Below are positions 43,117 through 59,434 of a stretch of DNA of 64,000 nt, one piece after another (position 1 is the first letter of the stretch; every line of letters starts with the position of its first letter). A program made the position numbers and the translations under genes. Source of the DNA: Utricularia gibba. Its lineage: Eukaryota; Plantae; Magnoliophyta. Below the pieces are notes generated by a model. The model was not told the DNA's origin and did no database searches. It was given only the letters and a program-made list of their open reading frames with translations. The stretch lies in the NCBI GenBank assembly GCA_002189035.1, contig NEEC01000008.1:2046001-2110000 (forward strand), read 5' to 3'.

Positions 43117-44518
43117 TCAGAACGGGACCGTGTAGGGGAGCGCAAACACGGTCACCTCAGGCAAGTAATGTGCTCTAGGCCATAAGAATGAGCTGGTGCT
43201 GGAGCAGGGCATAGTGTCAGTTGCCGGTTTCCTTCGTTTCTCAGGCTGGCCGAACTCTTCATTGTTTGACCTGAACAGCCAGTCCGTGTCATCATCAGCA
43301 CAAGGGGCCAGATGATGATGATGCAATGAAGGCGGAAACCAGCTCTCCATGATGTCTTTGAACTGCATATAGGCTTTTTTGCTCCTTTTACTTGAAGCTG
43401 CAACGGGAAAGGATGGTGCTGGTCCAGATGCATCGAGACTGTGAATTTGATCGGCACTGTGCATGGACGCGTGCAACTCTTCAGGTCTACTATCCTCAAT
43501 TTGTCCAACCTTGCAGATGGCAACTGATGCACAGGGTTGGTCCTCCCTGCGGCATCTGGGTTCATGCTCCATTGTGTTTCCAGAAATGCAGCAGGGATGC
43601 AGCATCCTAATAGCATTGCCTGCGAAAACATTCCCGTATGCATCATGATCAAAGGAACCGAGGAAACCTTGGCATCATTCTTCACACAAACCGAAAGTGA
43701 ATTCCGCACTTCTGAAAACATTCTTACCAGAAATCAGCGATAAGGGTCTTTTCTTGTTGCTATTTTCTGTGCTATCAGAAGAAGAACTGGGAACTACCAA
43801 CATTACAGGTTCCCCATGCTCCTCACTCAGACTGCTGCTTTCTAACCCTTCAACTTTAGCTTCATCAAGTGATTTGCTTTTAGCATCTGAATACAATTTT
43901 TCTTTAACATGCCCATCAGGGCTGTGTCTCACGGCCTTGTCCTTCTTCTCTTTCCTTCTCGCCTCATGTTTCTTTTCCTTTCTTCTGTCCTTTCTCTCCC
44001 TTTTCTTCTCCTTTTTCCTTTTCTCCGTTTCGCTTTGGAGCTTTAGCGCACCCAAACAACACAATACAAGTTTAGAACCAAGGCCATGGAATAAATTCTA
44101 CTTATCCCAGTGCATGAACATGAGATCTTGGCGTCATTCACAAGTACAAAAATACTCATGTCCACAAGTACAAACTCATAGATGTCAAGAATACACATTT
44201 CTACAAAATATTCCTAAAAACAACTAGTTTCCTTGTTTCAGAAAGCATATATTTCTCTTAGTAAGTCATGATACTCCACACATCCAGATAACGCCTCGAA
44301 CAACTGATGAGTCAACAATCACAGACACCCAAAATTTCTTTCCATCAAAATTTATCCCATCCCACTCAAAGTCCTGAATTTAAATCATATGGACTCATGT
44401 TCGTGAATAAACAGGACACGATGCTGATTTGAAAAACCTTAATCGAATCGATCAAGGAGGTGTTGCCGTTGCTGCTCGGCGCATATCCAGGAGGCGGATA
44501 GGGGAAGCACCGAGACAT
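43117..44518 (-). CDS. Uncharacterised Lys/Glu-rich plant protein (MSRCFPYPPPGY...LPYTVPF family, At1g20100-like); exons 44518-44438, 44040-43728, 43619-43117
   Basis: Conserved termini MSRCFPYPPPGY and WPRAHYLPE...ALPYTVPF; in-frame GT-AG joins. Confidence 0.88.
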
Positions 44519-45934
44519 GCCTCAAACAACGAATCAGAGACAAGCCCGAAGGCCCTTGATTAAATGATTGAATCTTCCCACTAAAATCTCCTGCGCACTG
44601 ATGAAGTCAAAGCAAGATCCGGGAGCGGGCTTCGCCAGAACTAGGGCTCTCGCGGTCTCCCGGGAGAAAATTCAACCCGTCCCAGAGAAAAATCTTGAAA
44701 GAAATGCAACACGTGACCCCGATGAGAGTGCATATATAGTCGCTCTCCCGCTTTATTACGACTACGTCCTTTAATTTTAGTGTATTTCTCTTTGTGCCCC
44801 AGCCGATACCCAGTTAGTGCCTGGGTGTGGCGGCCCAGAGGCCCAAATTGTGCATTTTTTGATTTTCAGTCCATATTATTTAAATACGGCTGACTCTATA
44901 GGGGAGGTGAACAAATTCTCAAAATATTTTGATTTTCTTACATTTCCTTAGTATTTGGAATGATTAAGAACTTGTTGATAAAAAAAACTTAGTGAAAAGC
45001 AAAATCAAATCTTAAATATTAAAATGCATAATAAAATGACTACACATGTAGTTATTTGCACAATCAAAACTTCATTACAGATGTACATACACGTTTGATT
45101 TTAAAATGAAAATCAATATGAAAAGTAAATGAGAAAAGTAGTTAAAATACGTCACTAATGATTAAGAGATATGAGTATTTATAAGTTTGGTATACTTAGA
45201 TAAGATATTTCATCTATTTTTATCCATATTTTTATTTAAATATTTTAAAATTATCTTCAAATTTTTAACTAAGTGTCAAATTTTGAATCAAATTTTCATT
45301 ATTGTACCTTTTTTTGGATCCAAATTCATGCACTCTCAAAATGACAAACTTTTTGGTTTTGGTTTTTCCTTAAATTAATCTGAAATTGAAGCATAACACG
45401 AGTAAAAACAATAATAAAAAATGATGTAAGAACATATTTTGAACAGTCAGAAAGTTAACTATCATAATTATAATTACAATTTTTTTGTAATACAATTCAA
45501 ATATTATTAACTTATGGACTATACAAAAATGATATTTTAATAATAACATTAAATTTATTGTCTAATATTGTCCATTATATAACCATCCAACCCTTTTAAT
45601 CTTTTCTAATCTTTAAGCTTAAACTTTTCAATTCTTTTATATTTATTTAACTTTAAACTAATCAAATTTACCACTTTATTTTTTAAGTTATATATCTCTG
45701 TAATTACAGATTTTTGATTAAAAGTAATAATTAACTTCAAATGCACTGTTTATTGAATGCCTTTAATTATAGTGGATGCTTCAATAAATATCTGACAAAT
45801 TATCATTTATAACATTTATGTTTATAAATAATTTAATTGCGTTTATAATATTTACTTTTCATCTATACAAAACACATATAAATCCATTATATACTTAACC
45901 ATTAGAAAATATTATTAATTAAATACTAAAAAAC

Positions 45935-46032
45935 TTATAAGCATTTCAGTGATATGGTATTATTAGGTCAAAAGTAAATATATAAAAATTATAAGCATTT
46001 TAATAGTATAATAACATTAGTCGAAAGTAATT
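45935..46032. repeat. Degenerate ~54-bp direct repeat within an AT-rich intergenic island
   Basis: ttataagcattt...ttag(g)tc(a/g)aaagtaa occurs twice, at about 45935 and 45989. Confidence 0.45.
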
Positions 46033-46395
46033 TTCTAAAGTATGGTATTTCTTAATAAATATTCACATATATTGTGGAATAAAAGTTATGCTATTTCATA
46101 TCATGTAAATAAATATATGATTTTTAAAACAAACATAATTAATTGAAGTAACTATGGTCATATATACTATGATTTTTTCATAAAATTTTTCTTTTTTTTT
46201 AATATTCAATATAAATAAAAGCATAGTTATAATAATAACAAAAACTCATTAGGCAACCTTAAAATTATAATATTTTAAAAATATTGTTTTGTAAATCTAA
46301 TTACTTTGAAAATAATCACCTATATATATATATATATTCACATTATAATTTGTAGAAAAATAAATTTCATAATAAGTTGATTTTTTTTCTATTGC

Positions 46396-47097
46396 ATGGA
46401 TCCGGACTCTGAGTTTGTTCCAGACGCAACACAGAATCATGCCTCTGTCGCTTCGTCTTCTTTCCCGAGCACGTCTTCTGCTGTAATGCGATCTTTGTTC
46501 AGTGAACTGGATCACCACATGCTGAAAATGGACTGCTTTCTTCAACTTGAGGTATAAATCAAATCTTTTTCCTTTTCTTTAGGGTTTGTTTTGCAGATTG
46601 GTGACGTAATGGTTGTAATGCAGAATGAGAAGCTTCGGAACTGGGTGTCGTTTGAAGAACTGCAGCAAAGACAAGGCATAATGCAAAGATTCGTATCCAA
46701 TATCAACCAGATGATGCTCCAGAGAGATGAAGAGCTTTCGGCGGCGAGAAACAGAGCAAAGGAGCTGGAGGATTTGCTGCAGGCTGCAAGTAACCATGTT
46801 CAACTATGGAAAGGGAAAGTTGAACAGAAAGAGGCGGTGCTGAATGATCTGAGAAATAAGCTCGGCGGCGCCGCCCAGACAGCGTCGCTTGGTGACTCTA
46901 CTTCCGGGGAGGAGACGATAGACACAACCTGCAAATCCTGCAGAATATTACAATCGTCCTTCGTTTTCCTGCCCTGTAAGCATCTCTGTTGTTGTGTTAT
47001 CTGTGAAAGCCTTCATCAACAATGCCCTGTTTGTGAAACGGAGAAGCAGGAAAGTGTAGAGGCGTATCTATCTTCGGAATGGGAACCAGAAGAGTGA
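46396..47097 (+). CDS. Short divergent BOI/SBP-family RING-HC E3 ligase; exons 46396-46551 and 46624-47097
   Basis: FLQLE/NEKLR, coiled coil RDEELSAARNRAKELED, RING CKSC...LPCKHLCCCVIC...CPVC. Confidence 0.75.
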
Positions 47098-47235
47098 AAA
47101 AAAAAAAAAACTCATCTTTCACTGGTTTGAGGATGTAGCTGCTGGCCTTTGTGATATTTTTTTAAAATATCAATTATGATGAATTATTATAATTTAAATA
47201 TTAATAAATATTAAGTATTAATATACTTACATATA

Positions 47236-47380
47236 TTATATATATATATATATATATGTGAATGATGTATATATAATTAATTCTTACTTCATTTATGTAT
47301 ATCATTTATATTATTAAAAAATGAGTATATGAATAATATAATTATACAAGTTTGATATATATATATATATATATATGTAT
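47236..47380. repeat. (TA)n microsatellites
   Basis: TA runs at about 47236-47257 and 47357-47376; another at 46321-46337. Confidence 0.85.
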
Positions 47381-47532
47381 ACTATTTAATTAAACAACAA
47401 TATATACGTAAACTTGAATATAAATCTTATATACTGAACAATAAAACATGCTATTAAAAGATTTTTGACATGAAAGAGGGAAAGGAAAATCTTCTCCAAC
47501 ACATGGGTATTATTGTTCCAGTTTCCTTGTCT

Positions 47533-50459
<2,927 letters not shown>

Positions 50460-51559
50460 GGTTTCCTCCTTGCCTCTCTCCAACTTGTTTCACGCTTACA
50501 TGCATCCCTTGCACATTATATAGTGCTTCTGGGATGCAACTTAGCTACGGCAAGTAAACCAATGCTGGCTTAGTCGACAATGGTCTGTTACCGGTTCCCA
50601 CACTCTTTGCCTACTGGTATCCATGTCGATCCACCTTCTTAAAATGGGGTGCACTGATTCCCAGTCAAAGCCTCCATCTTAAACTTGGGGCTGGTTGATG
50701 GTGTCAATGGTGGAAATCAGCAAAACTCCATGATAAAACAATTCCTATTCAGAGTGGATCATCATAATGCATCCCGTCCATGGCTATTTGTGGTTGACAG
50801 GCACCATTTGAGGAATGGGTTTTCGCCAGTGCTGGTTCTCCAACAACACGGCGCAGTGCTCGTGGGACCAAAACAGACTCTGGCCAGGCGTTTTCCCCTG
50901 CGAACCAGGACATGCCCCCGCAAAAGTCGCTTGCCTATTCACAACACTGCGTGTGTTGCATTGCCTTTGTCCAGAGCTTATAATTGCATCTGCAAAGACC
51001 ATTTGGGTTTTTTTTTTTTTTCCTGGAATAACAACAGCAATACGCTTAGGACACAATGAAGTTGGTTCTGAGCAACAAGTTTTCTGTTGGTTACTTGCCT
51101 TCTGTAACAGTTTCTTCCGCTTTGCATTATCGGCCATGAATCACATGAGTAGTACACCGTCCTTCAAATCTCAAAACGATACTGATTCCATCAAGGCAGA
51201 TGGTATAATAGTTTCTAAGAGTTAATGGCGTTCTTAGTGTGTGGTGAATCACATCCGCAGGTGCTCAAAAAATTAGCAAAATATAGACAAAATTCCAGCT
51301 AGACATATAGCAATTCCCAGTTCACCATTTGAATCCCACCAATCAATAGAAAAAATCCAAGAGAACGAAAAACACAAGCAAAAAAAATGCGGTGTTCCAG
51401 CTCTTTATTATCCTCCAGTTACTTCGTATTATTATCATTCTTACTATCATCATAATCCTCCAGCTGCTCCCTGAAAAAAGAGCAGTTTTAATTAAAAATT
51501 TATACAGAAACACACATGTAACCAAAACTTAGATTTAGACCTCAACAGAGTCAGCTCCC

Positions 51560-53719
51560 TCACTGCAAAGAGGCTGCGACAGAACTGGTCCTGAATTGTG
51601 GAACAGATGGTAGTAGCCATTTGCTCCACACATCACGGCGCCTTACTTTATCACCCTGTGAAAATTGAAAATTACTCAATATATAATCAACCAAAATATA
51701 CTACCATATTAATTCACAAAAGACACTTTTACGTAAAAATAACAACCTGTACTTCCACAATGTCTGAGAGTGCTAAGGATTCCAGGATTAGTGAAATATC
51801 ACTTGTCAATCTTTCGACCTACAAAGAGAAGGCAAACCACAGGGCAAATCTTACAAATGGGTAAAATGCATGTCATGAATTATATTTCCCTGTTTACCCA
51901 CGTATCCTAGTGCATCTACACAGCACTATAAGCCAAGAAATATTCCTACGGATGAACAAATACCACACATTGAAAAAAGGAGAAACTTTATTTGATTAGA
52001 TGATATGTATTCATCCTCATTTGTTTAGAAAATATATTTTCATCCTTATCATTAACCATATATCGACAATGAAGAAACGTTTGCACACTTTCTAGTGAAT
52101 GGACGAGACAGCCTCAGTAAGTTTAGAAGGTCATTATCAACCATGGGATGAGAAGGGCTAGCTGAAACTTACTTGACGAAAGGAAGCAATTAAAGTAATA
52201 GGCACCCAACCATTATCATCCATCTTTGACCTCAAGAATGGATCCTTGATCAAATTTTCATCACTGGAATGGAAAGGGCATCGCTAGATAAGAATAATGA
52301 GAAATAAAAGGGATTGCAGGTGAAAAATAATGAAAATAGAATGAAGGGTTACCTGAAATAGTAATCTATTTGATTGACAATCATGGTTGCTAAAGGTGTC
52401 TCGTTGGATGGAGAAGGCATAGGGACTGGAGGTGGACTAATTGCCATGGCAGGCATTGCCGGAGAATAAATAAAAGAACTCATGTCTGATGATCAGAAAA
52501 AACAAGGTTTCATAAACCAACAAATACAAGATTTCTACGAAGCGAACATCTAACCATACTTACCAAAACCCGTCTGTGGGAAAATGGGCATGGGGGGTGG
52601 CGCTGGTGGAAAAAACGATGGTGCACCAGTAGCAAATGGGGGAGTCACAAACCTTATAGCAGGATTCATATACGGGGGGATAAAAACAACATCTCTATGG
52701 TCCTGGTCCCATCTGCCTCCGTGATTGCTATGGTACTGACCCTCACCATGCGGCCGAGGTCCATAATTTGCCCTTCTTGAAAAATTTCTATTAGAATAAT
52801 TATCACTGCCAGTATAGCTCCCAACACCTCGAGCTGGCCTGGTTCCAGTATTAGAAGCGTCAAGCACGGGCGGGATATACTGATGTTGTGCCCCAGGAAA
52901 TGAGGGTGGTGCTTGAGCTATATGTCGATTAATGATCGCATGAGAAGGTCCTGTTCCTGAAGAAGTGGCTCCAGCACTGCTTCCAATGACGCCATTCTGG
53001 TTCCTCGACCTCTGCCTAGAGTGGCTGGGAACAGATTTGGGATGGCTGGTGGCGATTGGTTGTCCCTGAGGTGCTTGGGATGAAGCAGAGCGCTGAAAAA
53101 GAACAAAAAGATACATAAAAAGAACCAGTGGCTCATTCACTGGAAAAAAAAAAAAAAAAAATTTAAATTCAAGATTAATTTTTGAAGCAGAAACACATGA
53201 TTGGTGGAAGACAGAAAAAGTGTTGCGTGCAAACCACAAATTGCAACAAAGCAAAAGGGAAAATATGTGCTGGTGATAAAAGCACAGATTGAGTGCGACC
53301 ATAAAGCCTATCAGAGATCAGGACACCTATACATTTGCACCCAAAATTCAGTCAGCGAAACAAATGCCAAGATTTATTTCACCCTTGCACATGTACAGAA
53401 ACAAAACACCACGAGGGCGGATTGTGTGCGAATTAACCTGAGTAGGAGACGCTGATCCGTCACGGATCGGTCTCGAGACATCATTGGATGATCTCGGAAC
53501 AGGCTTGGTGGATTCGGAGAGAGCGGGCCAAGAGACAGCATCACCCATCACAGAAACCCCCTCAGAGACCCCACTCGATGGCCGGCTCCATGCGTTTCTC
53601 CTCGGAGCAGCCGCATTGGCATCACCATTAACATCGCGATTCTCAGACCGAGCCTCCACTCCCGAACCCGAACGATCAGAACCCTCCGTAGCGACTGGCT
53701 GGTCTGGCGGCGGAGACAT
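51560..53719 (-). CDS. LARP1C: La-related protein (LARP1C-like)
   Basis: VSWPALSES, La motif IVNQIDYYFS/DENLIKDPFLRSKMDDNGWVPITLIASF, VEVQ/GDKVRRR. The 3' end is the least certain part. Confidence 0.88.
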
Positions 53720-54217
53720 CGATGCGGAATAGGAGAAATCAGCGACCAAAAAAACCCTACCCACAAACCAATGAAACTCCGGCGCAGTGACTCATCGCTG
53801 TTCAAGCCGCCTCTTGTCGGCGGCGAATCCGAGCAATATTCCAAAAGTTGCGATCGCAATTAGGTAACAAATATATTGTTCCTTAACCCGATATATAAAT
53901 ACACAATGCCGGCCGAAACGAAGAAGGCGCCCGCGATCAGAGAAACATTCTTCTCCGAAGGCGTCGTCTGAAAGCAGCAAGCCCTGGAAAAGGTTATTTT
54001 AGGAAGTCTGCACCCTCCTTTCAGTTATTGACGTATTTACCCCCATCACATTTCCATAATCTAATTCCATCGCAAGGGTAAATGCGTCAAGTCGAATTAA
54101 TATTCCTAATGATTTTATTGAAATATCTTCCTTCCATATTTAAAAAATATTATTTTTATTATCGATAATGACGTGGATACCAATGGAAGGCAAGACGATG
54201 GAATATGGATGGATTCT

Positions 54218-55096
54218 TTAGGTGACCCGAACTCCCTGGTATCTGAGAATTTCGCCGATCAGATCTCCTTTCCCCGACCCGACGTAGCGCCCGCGGATCT
54301 CGCCATTTCTGATGAACAGAAACGTGGGAACCTCCACCACGTTCATCTCCCGCAAGAACGCCATGCAGCTCTCGTTCTCGTCGCCGTTCATCCGCGCGAA
54401 GACCACCGTGTCCGCCATAGAGCGGGATAGTTTCAGCACCGTGGGGTATACCTTTACGCAGGGGCCGCAGTGCTTCAGCCCTACATCCAGAACAATCAAT
54501 TTCCCGTCGATTTTGTGATCCGCGATCAGTTTCTCCACGTCTTCGCGATTGTGGAGTTGCACGACGGCGGAGTGGTTGTCGCCGTAGTAGAGTACATCGC
54601 CGAAGAGCTGGTCCGGGCCGATTCCCTCCTCTTCGTGGATCTTCTCCATGCCTTTGTAGAAGCTGAAGTGTGGAACGTTCTCGATCCGCTCTCTGGCGCA
54701 GAGGCGGCGCGTTTCCTCCGACTCATCGCCCATGACGAGGAGGAAATCGACATCGCTACAACTCCGGCTTAGATCCACCATAAACGGGTAGATCCGGCTG
54801 CTATTCTCGCTGTGACTGGCGGCGTACTCTACGACCACGAGTCGGTTCTTGGCCGCGCGTAGGGCGGAGTCGAATTCCTCGATCGTGTGGATCTTCTGCA
54901 CCCTCTCCTCGCGCTTGACGCTCTCCACGCCTTCGGCGGCCTTGGTGGCGGAGATGCGGAGGTGGCTCTTCAGATTAACGCGGCGGCGATTGTTCCTGGG
55001 TTCCATTTTACGGAATTGGGGGAAATTGAAGGCGGTCCTTGCAATTGGGGTGAGGCACGGGGGATTTTTGATGCAGAAATTTGAGGTGGTCGCCAT
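54218..55096 (-). CDS. CDSP32: Chloroplast two-domain thioredoxin CDSP32, intronless
   Basis: Transit peptide, first Trx domain with SENS, second with HCGPC, ending [10 protein letters not shown]. Confidence 0.96.
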   Translation of the reverse strand: MATTSNFCIKNPPCLTPIARTAFNFPQFRKMEPRNNRRRVNLKSHLRISATKAAEGVESVKREERVQKIHTIEEFDSALRAAKNRLVVVEYAASHSENSSRIYPFMVDLSRSCSDVDFLLVMGDESEETRRLCARERIENVPHFSFYKGMEKIHEEEGIGPDQLFGDVLYYGDNHSAVVQLHNREDVEKLIADHKIDGKLIVLDVGLKHCGPCVKVYPTVLKLSRSMADTVVFARMNGDENESCMAFLREMNVVEVPTFLFIRNGEIRGRYVGSGKGDLIGEILRYQGVRVT

Positions 55097-55837
55097 TGAA
55101 CGACTCCCCGGGGAGCTATCGCGAACAACAGAGGCACAGCGGCAGGAGGATCTTCAGTCCTCTGAGTTGCACTGCGGTGGCGGCAGCAGGCAAACTGGCA
55201 GGGGAAAGCAGCTCCACCTCGCTAAGCCGCCGAGGGTTTCATCTCCCAGTGCGGTCTCTGACTCATTGAAGTCCACACATTCAAGATATTTGTTTCCCTG
55301 AATTGGTCCACAGAAATTGGGATTTATGAAAAGTAAAAACTATGAAAATATATTTCATAATTTATGATAATAAACATTGTAGCGCGTTTTAAAACATAGA
55401 TTTCAATTCGACGTTAAATCCAATTATATCGAAATTTAAGAATGAATTCAAATTTATTTAAATAATGATTATTTTAAAGTTATTAAAATTGAAAATATAT
55501 TAAATATAGATCATTCAAAAATGTATGTTTAAAATGGTATTGTCTGTCTTAAAAGTACTTAGAAAAATTAAATGATGAGTTGGTATGTGGAATGGACCTC
55601 ATGATGCAACTTGGCATTATGCGGTCTCCGAAAGGGGAGGAGGATAGAGTCTTGAAATGCTGGTTCAGATTGCTTGGCAACGAGGAAAGTGGCTTTGGGG
55701 AAAGGAAACGTGCAGTTTGATCGATCGTCGACAGTAATGAACCTAATCAGTCCTCTTCAAAGTGTTGAGCCCTCGGCCCTCGGTCCTTGTCGCTGCTGCT
55801 GTGCTGCATTCTCCCTCCGATGCGCTGAAGGGGTCTC

Positions 55838-55905
55838 TGGGATGTTGGCCCGGCTCACTCGGATGCTAACCGCATGGAGTCTGATTGAGCCGTGCCAATA
55901 TCTTA
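55838..55905 (+). ncRNA. MIR171: MIR171 precursor hairpin; mature UGAUUGAGCCGUGCCAAUAUC (55882-55902), star UGUUGGCCCGGCUCACUCGGA (55843-55863)
   Basis: Exact match to the recalled conserved miR171 sequence. The arms pair with two mismatches and G:U wobbles, and the star has 2-nt 3' overhang geometry. Confidence 0.95.
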
Positions 55906-57089
55906 CCGGCGCCCTTCATCCGCCACCCCATATCTGCTGCTGCTACTCCAACCCTCTTTTGTTCAAGTTTTTCGGCATGGCTGCGTATTGGTGCTATATC
56001 ACAACAGCAGGACATTGCATGTCTGAGAGGGTGTGGTGTGGGGATCGGAAGGTTGGTCGGGGCTGCTCAATGCACGCCTCTGAAGGTGGAGAAGGAACGA
56101 CGGGAGGGAGTCCCTCCCTCCAAATGCAGTTGGATGCAGAACAAGGGCTAGGTATGTTTTGTGCGTACAAGTATTGTATTGTGCAAACAAATTAAATAAG
56201 TTCTTCCCCAGGATGCTGATGAAAGACATTGTAAAAGCGTTTCTTTTCTTTTTTTTTTTTTTTTAATGTGCTTGTGGTAGCAGCAGTTGTGAAAGGGGTA
56301 CATGGAAACGGAGATTTACCCACCTCTGAAGATCCTGAGGCGATGCATTTCCTTCACCCAGGTCTTCAATCCCGTCTCTTCCTCGCCAGCATCGGCCGTG
56401 TCCTGTTCTCCGGCAGCGGCTAAGCTGCATCATCATCGTGATCGTCATCTAATTCGCAAACTGAAACATGTCTTGCTATCAACAGATTGTACGAGTGTTG
56501 AGGAAGACGTTCAATGGAGTAACCCAAGTCATCCAACTTGTGCATTGGAGTAGTCACCAACGACGTGCCGGTCAAGATGAGCAGCTCTTTCTTCTTCTTC
56601 TTACGGTGATTCAGAACGTACAATTCCTTTCATCAACTTCTCAAGGATAATGAGAACAGATTGGACTTACTGTTGGCATACTTGATAAGGCACGAGGTTC
56701 AGATGCCGGAATTCGACGAGGAGATGGGCTGCCATAGCCCCATGATGATGGATTTCCAGGAGGAGAGCAATCATTCCAGAGCTTCCGCGAGGTGCATTGC
56801 ATTGTGTTGCAGTATGAACAGTTCCTTAAAAACTCAACTGGAAGATCACCGGGCATAGAGGCACAGGGCGACAAATTATCAAACTTTGAGTTCTCTCTCA
56901 TTGAACCTGTACGTATTTCCATACTGATTTCCCTCGATTACAGAAACAAGACGCTATCCTTATTCTAATAATCAAAGCTCGAAAGCTTTCAAGAAGCTAA
57001 AGTATTACAGTACACATGAGTTTAGTACAGTTTTGTCGGCATTCATAGGCATAACCAAAAGTTGTGCTGTACCATGAAAAAGGAAAGCT

Positions 57090-59116
57090 TCACATTCTAG
57101 AGAGGGCAAGCTTGATGAGATCCTTCCTCAATATCTTCCCAGATGGGTTCTTCGGAATCGAATCAACGAACGCCACGCGCCGAATCCTCTTGTATGGAGC
57201 CACCTTCAGCACAAGAAAGAGCTCAGTTAGCAAAAGGGCTGATGATTCAACTCCAAAGGATGAACACTGTACGGAAGTTCACCTGCTTTGCGACAAAATC
57301 CATCACTCCCCCAGGTGATAGCTCGCTACCAGCCTTACGCACTACGTAAGCCATAGGTATTTGGCCAACCTCCAACTCAGGGAACCTGTCCCGTACCCAG
57401 ACAATTTCATCAGCACAACTTGACATTGACGAATTCACTATTCTAAGGGGAGGTGCAAGAACTTACGGAATTACCGCAGCATCTGCAATTTCAGGGTGAG
57501 TTAGCAGCAGTGCCTCTAACTCAGCCGGAGGTACCTGGTAAAGGTGAACCATTGGTTATAATTCTTCAACATAACTCACGCAGCTCGTGTCCCTGAACTA
57601 TTGGTTCATACAGCCAACCTGATAGCCTTTGTACTTGATGAGCTCCTTCAACCGGTCCACGACAAAGATGAAGCCATCGTCGTCGATGAAGCACAGATCG
57701 CCGGTTCGTAGCCACCCATCGGAAGTCAATGTCGAAGCCGAGGCCTCCTCATTGCCGAAGTAGCCTGAGATTCCACAGTTTATCAAACCGGATATATTTT
57801 TTTTTCTGTTTTAGATAGGTGTTGACTCTTGAGGAGAACGAACACATGCAGAAATTGAAAAGTAGCCTTACCTTTCATAATGGTGGGGCCCCTCAACCAA
57901 AGCTCGCCCGTCTGGTTGACCGGTAGGGCGTCGCCGTTGACGGGATCGACGATCTTCGCCTCCATGCTCGGGACAGTAGCCCTGCCGCGCCGTACTTCCG
58001 GCTCTCCTCGAGGGAATCCGCCGACGCACCGATTGCGGTGGATTCCGTCAGGCCGTACCCCTGCAAAATTGCAACATGCGGATAGTGCTGGACGAAGCCC
58101 TCCACAACTTCCTTGCTGAGCGGTGCGCCGCCGCAGACGGCGTACTGCAGGCTGCTCAAGTCGTACTTTTCTTTGATTGCGGCGTGGTTGTTGATCAAGG
58201 CCACCAGAATCGGCGGTACTATAGGTACATTAGTAGCGGAGAATTTCTGGATGGCGGAGAGCAGTTCGTGAAGCTCGAATTTCTCAAGAATCACGATGGT
58301 CGAGCCGGTAGCTGTCAACCCGGATGCGAAGGCGGCTAGTCCGTAGATGTGGAACATGGGAACCGTGCAGATGAAAATCTCTCCTCCTTCAGAATTCAAA
58401 TCGAAGCGATGCGCAATCGTTTGAACCATTGCGATTAGGTTACCGTGAGAGGAAACTACCCCTTTGCTGGGTCCGGTGGTGCCGGAGGAGTAGAGCAGTG
58501 TGGCCGTGTCCTGTTGGTTGACACGCTCCTTGAATCGGATCTCGCTGGGTTCTCTTCCCATCATCTCCTCTATGTACCCAACTATTCTCAATCCCCCAAC
58601 ATTCGCATTTCTCTGAGAAGCGGACTCCGAGGAAATCAGCACCACCGGGAGCTTGGATTCGGCGATTTTGGGAAGAAGCTGGGGAATCGTGAAGGCGAGC
58701 ACAGGCTTCGAGTCGGCGATCTGTTTCGCGATTTCTCCAGAGGTGTTGAGGGGATTCGTGGTGGTGATTATAGCGCCGAGCGACATCACGGCAAGCGCGA
58801 CTACCGGGAAGTAGATTGAGTTAGGGCTAAGGATCAACACCACGTTCCCTTTCCTGATACCGAATTCGGTAGACAGGGAACTTGAGACGGCATCCACCGC
58901 TCGCCAGAGCTCCGCGTATGTAAGACGCCGGCCGGTGGCGGCGTCGATGTACGCAATTCTGCCGCGGTGGGGGCGCGATGAGATGAAGGTGGTGACATCG
59001 AGGGAGGCGTTGGAAGGTAAAGGAATTGGGGTTCGCTTGCTGTAGAAGGTGGAGTTGGCCTTGCAGAAACCGCTGCGCGGATCCACATTACCCGGTGGTG
59101 ATTCCATATCCGCCAT
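57090..59116 (-). CDS. OPCL1: Peroxisomal 4CL-like acyl-CoA synthetase, OPC-8:0 CoA ligase type; 5 exons; apparent -1 frameshift at 57970-57972
   Basis: [23 protein letters not shown]-binding [41 protein letters not shown], and PTS1 SRM*. Confidence 0.92.
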
Positions 59117-59434
59117 TGCCAGTGGGAAGGGAAAGGGAAAAGGAAAGGGAGAGCTTTCTAAGCAGGGCCAGCCAACAAATGCTGACTACTCAAAGGAACT
59201 CATGGTAGGTTGTCGGTTTTTCTGGAAAAAACAATCCATTTCATTTATTTATTGTTACTAATTTTTGTACTATAAAACCAACAATAAATGCCTGTTTATT
59301 ACAATTTAATATAAGATATTAAATGGAGATTGGAACAATTTACTTACCTAATCTATAATTAAAATATACTATTTAACATAAAACCTGTTTATCTCCCAGA
59401 ATCATTTGCACCAACCAAGGAAACAGACGCAAAA

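Noticed and set aside
51200-51562. Possible premature stop or extra 3' exons in LARP1C
   Set aside because: The La domain is complete, the C-terminus is poorly conserved in the family, and no alternative frame gave recognisable sequence.
56468-56858. Coding-like ORFs downstream of the MIR171 second exon
   Set aside because: No family motif recognised; probably pri-miRNA or OPCL1 3' flank.
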